Positions 1 through 8,607 of a stretch of 64,000 nucleotides of DNA are shown piece after piece; position 1 is the stretch's first letter, and every line of letters begins with the position of its first letter. Made by a program: the position numbers and the translations under genes. Source of the stretch: Thermodesulfobacteriota bacterium (lineage in GTDB: Bacteria; Desulfobacterota_D; UBA1144; Nemesobacterales; Mycalebacteriaceae); NCBI GenBank assembly GCA_965226585.1, contig OZ245366.1, positions 224,001 through 288,000 on the forward strand, given 5' to 3'. Under the pieces are notes generated by a model, which saw only the letters and a list, made by a program, of their open reading frames with translations, had not been told where the DNA came from and searched no databases.

Positions 1-1
1 G

Positions 2-916
2 GCGATTGCTCCCGAAGCGTGGACGGTTGCCTCTGCGGCGGCGGGGATAACCTCGCAAATCCAGCTCGGAACCGTTTCCGACCCTCACAAGGTGCATCCC
101 TCAACCTTCGCCCAGCGGCTTGCCACGATTGACCATCTGTCAAAAGGCAGGGTAACCGTTGCGATGGGGGTTGGAGAGTCAATGAACCTTGACGCTTACG
201 GAATCCCCTGGAACAAGCCGTTCACGAGAATGAAAGAGGCGGTTGAGGTTATGCAGTTGCTGTGGAAAAACGGTGAAGACAGCCCGGTTAACTATGACGG
301 CGAGTTTTTCAAACTGAGTGACGCTTTTCTGCAAATCCGCCCTTATGAGCGCGAAAGAATTCCGGTTTATTTCGCCACGCACACACCGAAGGGGCTTGCT
401 CTTACGGGAGAGGTGGGAGACGGCTGGCTGCCGATTGACCTGAACCCGTCTCTTTACGAAAAGTATCTGGCGGATATACATGCGTCTGCGGACAAAGCCG
501 GAAGGGACAGAGATGAGATAGACCCCGCGCTGTGGGTGTTCACTTCGCTCGGCGAGAACGAGGATGAGGCGTATAAGACGCTTGAGCCGTTCAAGTATGT
601 GTTGATTATGCAGGAGCAGTTAAAGGCGGCGGGCTATGACGTGAAAATTCCCGATGAGTACAAGGGTTTGAACTATTTCAACATAGTTCCGCAAGACACC
701 GAAGGCAGGGCGAAGTTTCGTGAAATAGGGCAGTTTTTCCCCCGCGAGGCGATTATGGACTTCACCATCACGGGTTCAAAGGACGACTGCATAAAGAGGA
801 TTGAGGCTTTCATAGACAAAGGCGTGCGGAACTTTGTGTTGTTCTACCGCTTCAGCCCGGATCCTGAAAAGGCGCTTGAAACTTACGCGAAAGAGATAAT
901 TCCGTATTTCAAATGA
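2..916 (+). CDS. LLM-class (luciferase-like) flavin- or F420-dependent oxidoreductase, 5'-truncated by the window edge
   Basis: The frame is open from position 2. Motifs HPSTFAQRLATIDHLSKGRV, YDGEFF and GEVGDGWL are typical of the LLM family. Confidence 0.85.
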   Translation, partial: AIAPEAWTVASAAAGITSQIQLGTVSDPHKVHPSTFAQRLATIDHLSKGRVTVAMGVGESMNLDAYGIPWNKPFTRMKEAVEVMQLLWKNGEDSPVNYDGEFFKLSDAFLQIRPYERERIPVYFATHTPKGLALTGEVGDGWLPIDLNPSLYEKYLADIHASADKAGRDRDEIDPALWVFTSLGENEDEAYKTLEPFKYVLIMQEQLKAAGYDVKIPDEYKGLNYFNIVPQDTEGRAKFREIGQFFPREAIMDFTITGSKDDCIKRIEAFIDKGVRNFVLFYRFSPDPEKALETYAKEIIPYFK

Positions 917-1236
917 GAATGTGGGGAGTAAATCCCGCGCTTTTGTGCGACAGGCACCTGCTTGGCGAGCATGTGGAGATGCATATGTTCGCGGGAACAA
1001 TCAAAAAGGGCATAAGCACAAGGGGCTATGAGGAAACCGGACTTGTGGATTTGTCTAAAATCCGCGCCCGCCACGACAGAATCGCAAAAGAGATGAAACG
1101 CAGGGGAATGAACCATAAGTCGCCCATAGATAGGGTTTCAGACGGTTTGAAAGGCGGAAGTATTGATATTAAGGCGAATTTGAGGGAACTCAAACGCAGG
1201 TGTTCAACCTGCAGAAGAATACAAACGAAAATTTGA
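913..1236 (+). CDS. Pyrimidine-dimer DNA glycosylase / T4 endonuclease V-like family protein
   Basis: N-terminus MRMW..P..LCDRHLLGEH.E.H and EM.RRG..H.SP resemble the Pyr_excise family. ATGA overlap with the upstream stop codon. Confidence 0.65.
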   Translation: MRMWGVNPALLCDRHLLGEHVEMHMFAGTIKKGISTRGYEETGLVDLSKIRARHDRIAKEMKRRGMNHKSPIDRVSDGLKGGSIDIKANLRELKRRCSTCRRIQTKI

Positions 1237-1334
1237 TTTTGGTATACATTGCAGGAACGAATGTATACAAAAAGGCGTTTTAGTATCTATTGGCGGGGTG
1301 AATAGAGACTCAAAGTGCGATTTTGGTATACATC
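1237..1334. repeat. Palindrome family A: two ~37-bp imperfect inverted repeats plus a half copy, spaced 41-43 bp
   Basis: TTTTGGTATACATT-N9-AATGTATACAAAAA (1237-1273), TTTTAGTATCTATT-N9-AATAGAGACTCAAA (1278-1314) and TTTTGGTATACAT (1321-1333). Confidence 0.7.
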
Positions 1335-1341
1335 TGGAGAT

Positions 1342-1515
1342 TTGTGTAAAGTTTGAGGGCAAATACTTTATACAAGCTGTTTTGTGGAAAGTAGAATATA
1401 GACAAACTTCCTTGTGTAAAGTTTGAAGGCAAATACTTTATACAAACCATTTAATGGAAAGTAGAATACGAACAAACTGCTTTGTGTAAAGTTTAAGGTG
1501 TTATACTTTACACAA
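1342..1515. repeat. Palindrome family B: three 34-bp inverted repeats at an exact 70-bp period
   Basis: TTGTGTAAAGT-N12-ACTTTAYACAA at 1342-1375, 1412-1445 and 1482-1515. The two intervening 36-mers share TGGAAAGTAGAATA..ACAAACT. Confidence 0.9.
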
Positions 1516-1535
1516 GCAGTCTGACTTGATAGAAT
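1507..1535 (+). promoter_or_regulatory. Putative sigma70 promoter of fic, with the -35 inside the last palindrome
   Basis: TTTACA (1507-1512), 17-bp spacer, TAGAAT (1530-1535). The ATG at 1544 lies 8 nt downstream. Confidence 0.55.
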
Positions 1536-1543
1536 TGCTTATT

Positions 1544-2674
1544 ATGCAACCTTTCATCCCGGATGAACTGCCGATTCAGTCCATAAACTATGCAGATGGC
1601 GGTCTTGTCAGACTCATGGGAGAGGCAAACAGGGCACTTTCCCGCTACGATGCTCTGGTTCAGCATTCAAGGAGCCCTCAACTTATCCTTGCCCCCCTTG
1701 TCAGCCGTGAGGCGATGTTGTCTTCGCGCATAGAGGGTTCTCAATCCACCCTGACGGAGGTTTTACAGTTTGAGGAAAGTGAAACATCCGCACTCAAAGG
1801 TGAGCAGAGGGATGATCTTAACGAAATCAAAAACTATATCTCCGCCTTGCGTCTCGGAGAACAGACTCTTAAAGAGAGACCTTTTTCCCTGAACATCCTC
1901 AGGGAACTTCATGGAAAACTCCTCGGAACCGGAAGCGTGAGAGGAAAAACAAAAAATCCGGGAAATTTCCGCACAAGGCAGAATTGGATTGGATTTCCGG
2001 GAATGTCGGTTGAGCAGGCGAGTTTCGTGCCACCGGAGCCGGTTCTGGTTCAGGAGTTCATGGAAAAGTGGGAAAGTTTTTATCACTCTGATCAACCTGA
2101 CGCTCTCATACAGGCGGCTGTTATTCACGCCCAGTTTGAGTTAATCCACCCGTTTGAAGATGGCAACGGAAGGCTGGGACGTTTGCTGATTCCTCTTTTC
2201 CTTCATGAAAAGGAGATTATTTCGCGTCCGAATTTCTACCCTTCCGCATATCTTGAGAGGAACCGGGATATGTACATAGACGCTTTGAAGCAACTCGGCG
2301 GAGAGCGAGACAAGTGGAATAACTGGGTGATGTTTTTTCTGAAAGCCGTTGTTTCACAGGCAACTGAGGATTCCGCAAAGGTAAAAAGGCTGATGGATAT
2401 CTACGAAGATTTGAAATCGCGCGTTGTTGACATAACGCGCTCGAAATTTGCGGTACCAGTGCTTGACGTAATCTTTGAAAGACCTGTCTTCGGCATAACA
2501 ATGATTGCAAAAAAACTATCGGGCATGGAGAGACCGCCCACTACTACTACTATCGGGCAAATTTTGAAGAATCTGGAAGGTGAGGGGGTTGTGGGAATAG
2601 TGAGTCAAGGAAAAGGGAGAAGACGCACAATTTACCAGTTAAATGAACTGATGGACCTGCTTGAGGAGGGGTAA
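1544..2674 (+). CDS. fic: Fic-domain protein (AMPylase) with N-terminal autoinhibitory motif and probable C-terminal wHTH
   Basis: Fic motif HPFEDGNGRLGR and inhibitory (S/T)xxxE(G/N) motif SSRIEG. ATG 1544 is preferred over TTG 1526. Confidence 0.92.
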   Translation: MQPFIPDELPIQSINYADGGLVRLMGEANRALSRYDALVQHSRSPQLILAPLVSREAMLSSRIEGSQSTLTEVLQFEESETSALKGEQRDDLNEIKNYISALRLGEQTLKERPFSLNILRELHGKLLGTGSVRGKTKNPGNFRTRQNWIGFPGMSVEQASFVPPEPVLVQEFMEKWESFYHSDQPDALIQAAVIHAQFELIHPFEDGNGRLGRLLIPLFLHEKEIISRPNFYPSAYLERNRDMYIDALKQLGGERDKWNNWVMFFLKAVVSQATEDSAKVKRLMDIYEDLKSRVVDITRSKFAVPVLDVIFERPVFGITMIAKKLSGMERPPTTTTIGQILKNLEGEGVVGIVSQGKGRRRTIYQLNELMDLLEEG

Positions 2675-2791
2675 AGGGCAAATTGACGGTGGGTTGACTT
2701 GTTCGGTGTGTAATGAAGAATAGCAAGAACAAGGTAAAGTCTACTGAAGAAACATTGGGTAATTAAGGGAATTGCAATATAGAGAAGCAAA

Positions 2792-4864
2792 ATGGCTACC
2801 GAAAGAAAACTAAGGGAAGAACTAGGAAAAATCACTAGGGAAGATGTAGAGCGAGGCATTCAAAAGTTTAAAGAAAACTCTGAGTTAATGCCACCCAACA
2901 GAGAATCTACCGAATATGACATTGTTATTGATAACAACGATAGATTTCCACCTAAAGAGAGTGTTCGCTATGCCTATATTGCGGCATTAGAGAGATTGGG
3001 CAATCTTTCTGAAATATACGAGGGGAAATTTCCAGATGACCCATATAGCGACCAAGAATTCATCCGTTCCGCATTACCAGAAAAGAATGATGACGAATTT
3101 AATTCTGATGAAGCAAGGACAATTTTACAAAACCTAGGATTCAGTATTTTAAGAAAAAACCAAAAAAACAATATTTGGATTGTCCGAAATGGAAGTCAAA
3201 ATGAGTTTGAAGAGAAGTGCCTTGAAAAAGGATGCGTAATTGAAGGACATAGAGGGGATGATTTGACAGGGCTAACAAAAAAACAGATAAAAAATCGCTT
3301 GCAAAATGATGAGAAATATACTTCCAAACCAAAAACGACCATAAGTAAGTGGGCAAACGAATTGCTCCATTTTGCCTCAACAATGAGCAAGGGCGATAAA
3401 GTTTTTATGCCACTAAAAGACACTACATTGGTGGCGGTTGGTATAATTGAGGGAAATTATTCTTATGAGAACAACACACATATTCGTCCAGTCCGTTGGA
3501 CAAAAAAGGCGGTAGCACGGACAGAATTTTCTGAAATCGAAACAAAATTAAGGGGGCAGGGCACTGTTTTTAAAGTAACGGATGATTTTGACAGCAGTGA
3601 CCAGACAGACAGAATGACTGAAACAAATAAAACAAGTGAATTATTGGAAATTTTTTCTCAAATAATTTTGCAAGGTCCTCCAGGAACCGGAAAAACTTTT
3701 GAAGCACAAAACATAGCCAAACAAATGACCGGAGATGAGGAACAGGGCAACAGATGGGAAATAATACAGTTCCATCCCTCATACAACTATGAAGACTTTG
3801 TGCGTGGGATTCAGATTAGAACCGAAAACGAAAAGACAGTATATGAAACGGTTAATAGAGTTCTCGTCAAAATGGCAAATAAGGCAAGAAAAGACAGAGA
3901 AAATGACTATGTTCTGATAATTGACGAAATCAACCGCGCAAATATTGCAACGGTTCTGGGTGAACTGATATATGCGTTGGAGTATAGAGGGCAGCCCGTC
4001 CATACACCTTACGAAATAGATGGGAATGCGTACATAAAACTACCGGAAAATCTCTACATTATTGGCACAATGAACACGGCAGACCGCACAATCGGAACTA
4101 TAGACTACGCAGTTAGGAGAAGATTTGCTTTTGTCTCACTTTTACCAAACAAGAAAGTTGTAAAAGAAAATAGCGAGACAGAAAAATCTGTTCAACTGTT
4201 TGAGATGGTCTCTGAACTGTTCAATAACAATGAATTCCTCTCTCCCGACTACGATTCCAGTGATGTTGCTATCGGACACACTTATTTTCTTGCTAGAGAC
4301 AAAAAAACACTAAAAAACAAAATTGAGTACCAAGTCATTCCTATTCTAAGAGAGTATGCGAAAGATGGTATTTTCAGAAACCAAGAGGCAGTTGAGAAAA
4401 AGATAGAGCAAATAAAACAAGTTTTAGATGGCTTGGAGGATACAGAAAGCCTAAAAGAGGAAGAACGAAGCGGAGAAAGAGTAAAATTTAGATGGGAAAA
4501 CAATAAATATGGAACACAAAACAAAGATCTTGGAGTTGGGAGACTTGTTTTGGATATAGTTCGGGACTATGCAAAAAATACAAAACCTCATAACATTCAA
4601 GATCTCAAAAAAGCTTTTCCTGATAGTTTACATAGCTATGGGATAGTACAACTCCGAGATGACCCAAATTCCAATCAATATTTAAGGGAAGAGGGATCTC
4701 GTTACAGTAGATTTTTTTCTAAAGATGAAGAGCTTATAATACTTCCAGACGGCAAGAGCGTCATGGTTTGTGGGGAATGGGGAGCAAGAAATGCCTCCAA
4801 ACCTGGTTTTGATCAATTTAAAGAACACTGTAAAACTCTCGGCTACGAAATAGAGGAGATTTAA
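2792..4864 (+). CDS. mcrB: McrB-like AAA+ GTPase of a type IV modification-dependent restriction system, with extra N- and C-terminal domains
   Basis: GPPGTGKT, FHPSYNYEDFV, IIDEINRAN, McrB signature MNTADR and AVRRRF. Confidence 0.9.
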   Translation: MATERKLREELGKITREDVERGIQKFKENSELMPPNRESTEYDIVIDNNDRFPPKESVRYAYIAALERLGNLSEIYEGKFPDDPYSDQEFIRSALPEKNDDEFNSDEARTILQNLGFSILRKNQKNNIWIVRNGSQNEFEEKCLEKGCVIEGHRGDDLTGLTKKQIKNRLQNDEKYTSKPKTTISKWANELLHFASTMSKGDKVFMPLKDTTLVAVGIIEGNYSYENNTHIRPVRWTKKAVARTEFSEIETKLRGQGTVFKVTDDFDSSDQTDRMTETNKTSELLEIFSQIILQGPPGTGKTFEAQNIAKQMTGDEEQGNRWEIIQFHPSYNYEDFVRGIQIRTENEKTVYETVNRVLVKMANKARKDRENDYVLIIDEINRANIATVLGELIYALEYRGQPVHTPYEIDGNAYIKLPENLYIIGTMNTADRTIGTIDYAVRRRFAFVSLLPNKKVVKENSETEKSVQLFEMVSELFNNNEFLSPDYDSSDVAIGHTYFLARDKKTLKNKIEYQVIPILREYAKDGIFRNQEAVEKKIEQIKQVLDGLEDTESLKEEERSGERVKFRWENNKYGTQNKDLGVGRLVLDIVRDYAKNTKPHNIQDLKKAFPDSLHSYGIVQLRDDPNSNQYLREEGSRYSRFFSKDEELIILPDGKSVMVCGEWGARNASKPGFDQFKEHCKTLGYEIEEI

Positions 4865-6157
4865 TTGTCCTCCTACTATGAAACTATCACATCAAAAGAA
4901 CACAGCATTATTAAGTTCGGCGATGAACACAAAAAATGGCTTGATGGTCAGATGCTTAATAAACAAGAACTCCTTGGGTTGCACAGAAAACCCGATGGAA
5001 TCGCCCCCGGGAACTTTATCGGGGCAGTATGGATTGGCGAAAACGAAAATAAAACCCCTCTAATTGTTTCCTCAAAGTTTCCGGAAATGGACTATATGTC
5101 CATGTATCTGGACTGTGCGGAAGATATTGTCATCGGTGGACATCTTAAAAAGTGTTTCCACTTCTGGCCCGAACAACCGCCCATTGATGCTGATGAACTG
5201 CCAAAACTCAGCGAACTGTTGATTGCGGCATTCCTTATGGAACTGAATGAACTCTGCCTGAAACACCTGAGAAAGCATTTTGAGAGAGAAACGTCCAACC
5301 TGAGAGGCAAAGTGAAAGGCAAAATTCTTTTGCACCAACAGATTAGACAAAACCTTGTCTATGGACGGGAAGACAGCGTTTTTTGCTCATATCAAACCAT
5401 CAACCAAAATATCCCTGAAAACCGTGTTCTGCGCGCCGCACTCGAACAGTCAGCGAAGTTTATCAATGCAAGACCTGTCACCCACGATATTTTGAACCGT
5501 TGGGTACACTCAAACCGCTCCGCCCTATCCGGCGTTCCGGCTGTTGAGATTAACAAGTCGGATTTCCGCAATCTGCGCGTTCGCGGTTCCTTCTCTCACT
5601 ACCGCCGCGCTATTGAACTTGCGAAGTTTGTTCTTTTAAGACTTGGGACAAATCCACGAGCCGAAATAAGGGAAAACACTTCAACGCCGCCGTTTGCCAT
5701 AAATAGCGCGAAACTGTTTGAGAGATACGCCGAAAAAATACTCAGGGAAAAATATCCTGAATTGGAAGCGGGCGGCAGGGCGCACGGAGACAAGGATGGA
5801 TTTAATATTGAAGTGCGTCCGGATTTTTGGATAAGCGCAGATGCCGAACATCCCGCAATAATTATTGACGCAAAATACAAAAAAAAAGAGATTGACAATG
5901 AGAACGAGGATAAAAGTGAGAAACCATCAAGGGATGACGTATTCCAAGTAGTTTCCTATTCACAACACAAAAACCTGCTGAAAAAATTAAAATGTGAGAA
6001 CGGCGGCAATGTTCAACTTGCTCTCGTTTATCCGGGGTTTGAACAGGAAAACCAAATAACAAAAAACAAAACTGATAACTCTTTTTCAGCACCTATTGAA
6101 ATGTGGTTCGTTAAATGCCCGGCTATTAGTGAAAATTGGAAAGAAAAAGCGGCGTAA
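4865..6157 (+). CDS. mcrC: McrC-like PD-(D/E)XK nuclease subunit
   Basis: Directly follows mcrB. Motifs KGKI, ENRVL, LFERY, RPDF...IIIDAKYK and DVFQVVSY. Confidence 0.88.
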   Translation: MSSYYETITSKEHSIIKFGDEHKKWLDGQMLNKQELLGLHRKPDGIAPGNFIGAVWIGENENKTPLIVSSKFPEMDYMSMYLDCAEDIVIGGHLKKCFHFWPEQPPIDADELPKLSELLIAAFLMELNELCLKHLRKHFERETSNLRGKVKGKILLHQQIRQNLVYGREDSVFCSYQTINQNIPENRVLRAALEQSAKFINARPVTHDILNRWVHSNRSALSGVPAVEINKSDFRNLRVRGSFSHYRRAIELAKFVLLRLGTNPRAEIRENTSTPPFAINSAKLFERYAEKILREKYPELEAGGRAHGDKDGFNIEVRPDFWISADAEHPAIIIDAKYKKKEIDNENEDKSEKPSRDDVFQVVSYSQHKNLLKKLKCENGGNVQLALVYPGFEQENQITKNKTDNSFSAPIEMWFVKCPAISENWKEKAA

Positions 6158-6160
6158 AAC

Positions 6161-6544
6161 CTACGTCTCAACATTCCCCGCCGCCACAAGCGGACCTGCG
6201 GCAACGAGTTTTTTATTTCTGGAATCCACTCTTAAATTAAGCCCTTCCAATGTTCTTGCTCCAAGCAACTGCAAGTCGCCTTTTTGGGCAAACACTATTT
6301 CATCCGTTGTAAAACTGTCTCCAACACGGATAACCGCAAAACCTATGGAACGGGTAATTGCCTGCCCGTTTGCCATAATAAAACCAATATCCTTTTTTTC
6401 CGGCTTAACGCCTATTTTTTCAAGTTGTTTATGGTCTATCCAAGTCAATTCACTGCCCGTGTCGACCATAACCTTCGGCACACGCACAGAACGTTTTCTG
6501 TCTTTCTGATTTTCAAGCAGACAACCTACGCTGAAAAGTCCCAT
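6161..6544 (-). CDS. Clan AA (retropepsin-like) aspartic protease
   Basis: VDTGS catalytic motif and LLGARTLEGL. Start MGLF at 6544. Confidence 0.8.
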   Translation of the reverse strand: MGLFSVGCLLENQKDRKRSVRVPKVMVDTGSELTWIDHKQLEKIGVKPEKKDIGFIMANGQAITRSIGFAVIRVGDSFTTDEIVFAQKGDLQLLGARTLEGLNLRVDSRNKKLVAAGPLVAAGNVET

Positions 6545-6591
6545 TTTTTCACCATTAAAATTTAACAACACGCCACGCGCAGTGTCAAATC

Positions 6592-7083
6592 TCACCCCTC
6601 TTCCAGCACAACCAGCACCGCGCCGCCTTCTACGGTGTCGCCTTCGGCAACTTTAATCTCTTTTATCTTCCCTTCCATCGCGGCTTTCAACTCGCTTTCC
6701 ATCTTCATCGCTTCAACAACTATCACACCCTCGCCCGAATCTACGGAATCACCCTCTTTTTTCAGTATCTTCACAACCCTGCTGGGCATCGGTGACGAAA
6801 TCTGCAGACCAGTCTCTCCCGAAGACGCAGAAAGATCCCTCTCCGTTACAGACTCAAAATCATAGAGCGTCCCCTCATGAAAAACCTGCACCTTCCTGCC
6901 CTTCTTCATCACTCCAGCCGTGTAAGAGCCACTCTTATCGCAAACAATGGAAACAAGCGCGGGGTCAAGTCTTGCGAAATCAACCGTTGAGGAAAAATCG
7001 CCCGTCTCTACAACGGCGCGGCCGTTCTCCTCCTCTATATTAACGCGGAACTTTTCCGCGCCCAGTTTCAGAATATACTTCAT
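6592..7083 (-). CDS. Biotin carboxyl carrier protein
   Basis: EAMKM biotinylation motif, in an operon with the biotin carboxylase and carboxyltransferase genes. Confidence 0.92.
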   Translation of the reverse strand: MKYILKLGAEKFRVNIEEENGRAVVETGDFSSTVDFARLDPALVSIVCDKSGSYTAGVMKKGRKVQVFHEGTLYDFESVTERDLSASSGETGLQISSPMPSRVVKILKKEGDSVDSGEGVIVVEAMKMESELKAAMEGKIKEIKVAEGDTVEGGAVLVVLEEG

Positions 7084-7089
7084 AAAATA

Positions 7090-8598
7090 TCAGCCCCAGC
7101 CGTCATTTCCGCCTCTTAAAACCGCTATCCTGCGGGCAAAACTCTTCCACCCGGAAACCGGCTTGCCCTTTTCGCCATCCTCATGCTCAACCGAACCGTA
7201 ATGAAGGGCGAGCGCGGCGGCAACCGCCGCTTTTTCCCTGCCGTCCTCACCGGGAGTCAGAAGTTCGGGATGCCTTTCTATAAATCCCGTGTCTATGTCC
7301 GCCGAAAGAAACTCAGGGTCTCGCATAACGCGCATAAGAAACCCTATGTTGGTCTTTGTGCCCAGAACCATGTACTCGCCCAGCGCGGCAGCCATCTTGT
7401 TTATCGCCTGCTCGCGAGTGTCCGCCCACACAACAAGTTTTGACAGCATCGGGTCGTAAAAAGACGTAACCTCGCAACCGCTGAATATCGCGGAATCATC
7501 TCTTATTCCCGGTCCGCCCGGGGTTTTAAGGTAGTCAATCGGTCCCGGAGAGGGAAGAAAATTGGTTTCCGGGTCTTCAGCGTAAATCCTGCACTCAACC
7601 GCGTGCCCGTTTATCTTGAAATCAGACTGCTTGAACGGCAGTTTCTCGCCGTCCGCTATCCGTATCATCCACTTCACTATGTCAAATCCGGTTATCATCT
7701 CGGTTACCGGATGCTCAACCTGTATGCGGGTGTTCATCTCCAGAAAATAGAAGTTCTGCTTCGCGTCCATTATGAACTCAACCGTTCCCGCGCCCCTGTA
7801 TGAAACCGCTTTGGAAATGTTCACGGCAACCTCGCCCATCTTCTTTCGGGTTGAATCCGAAACAAAACCGGAAGGCGCCTCCTCTATAACTTTCTGGTGG
7901 CGGCGCTGAATGGAGCACTCGCGCTCAAACAGGTGCAGAACATTGCCGTGCCCGTCCGCGATTATCTGAATCTCAATGTGGCGCGGCTTCTCAACAAAAC
8001 GCTCCATAAAAATAGAGTCGTCCCCGAAAGCGGAAAGCGCCTCGCTTTTTGCCATTCTCAGAGAACTTTCAAAATCCGCCGCGTCTCTCACTAGGCGCAT
8101 ACCCTTTCCGCCGCCGCCGGCAGACGCTTTTATCATCAGGGGATAGCCGATCTTTTTCGCCTCATCCGCCGCGTCTCTGTCGTCCACGGCTCCGTCTGTG
8201 CCGGGAACAAGCGGAACTTTGGCTTTTTTGGCGATGTTTCTCGCTGTTATCTTGTCGCCCATCTGCCTGATTGTGTTGGGGGCGGGACCTATGAAAACAA
8301 TTCCCGCGTCTTCGCAGTCTTGCGCGAAAGACTCTTTTTCTGAAAGGAACCCGAAACCGGGATGCACGGCTTCCGCGCCCGTTTGTTTACAGGCGTCTAT
8401 TATTTTTTCAGACACAAGGTAGCTCTCTGCGGGTTTAGAGCCCCCGATGTGAACCGCCTCATCGGCAAGCGATACGTGAACAGAATCCCTGTCTGCGTCT
8501 GAATAGACGGCGACTGTGGATATGCCCATCTCGCGGCACGCCCTTATTATCCTTACCGCTATCTCACCCCTGTTCGCTATAAGTATTTTGCCAAACAT
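7090..8598 (-). CDS. accC: Biotin carboxylase subunit of an acyl-CoA carboxylase
   Basis: KILIANRGEIA, GGGGKGMR, RECSIQRRHQK and EMNTRIQVEH. Confidence 0.93.
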   Translation of the reverse strand: MFGKILIANRGEIAVRIIRACREMGISTVAVYSDADRDSVHVSLADEAVHIGGSKPAESYLVSEKIIDACKQTGAEAVHPGFGFLSEKESFAQDCEDAGIVFIGPAPNTIRQMGDKITARNIAKKAKVPLVPGTDGAVDDRDAADEAKKIGYPLMIKASAGGGGKGMRLVRDAADFESSLRMAKSEALSAFGDDSIFMERFVEKPRHIEIQIIADGHGNVLHLFERECSIQRRHQKVIEEAPSGFVSDSTRKKMGEVAVNISKAVSYRGAGTVEFIMDAKQNFYFLEMNTRIQVEHPVTEMITGFDIVKWMIRIADGEKLPFKQSDFKINGHAVECRIYAEDPETNFLPSPGPIDYLKTPGGPGIRDDSAIFSGCEVTSFYDPMLSKLVVWADTREQAINKMAAALGEYMVLGTKTNIGFLMRVMRDPEFLSADIDTGFIERHPELLTPGEDGREKAAVAAALALHYGSVEHEDGEKGKPVSGWKSFARRIAVLRGGNDGWG

Positions 8599-8607
8599 AT
8601 CGCGCGG

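Noticed and set aside
1342..1515. Mini-CRISPR array (34-bp palindromic repeats with 36-bp spacers)
   Set aside because: The two spacers resemble each other and the repeat, the repeat centres vary, and there are no cas genes in the window. A tandem operator-like repeat fits better.
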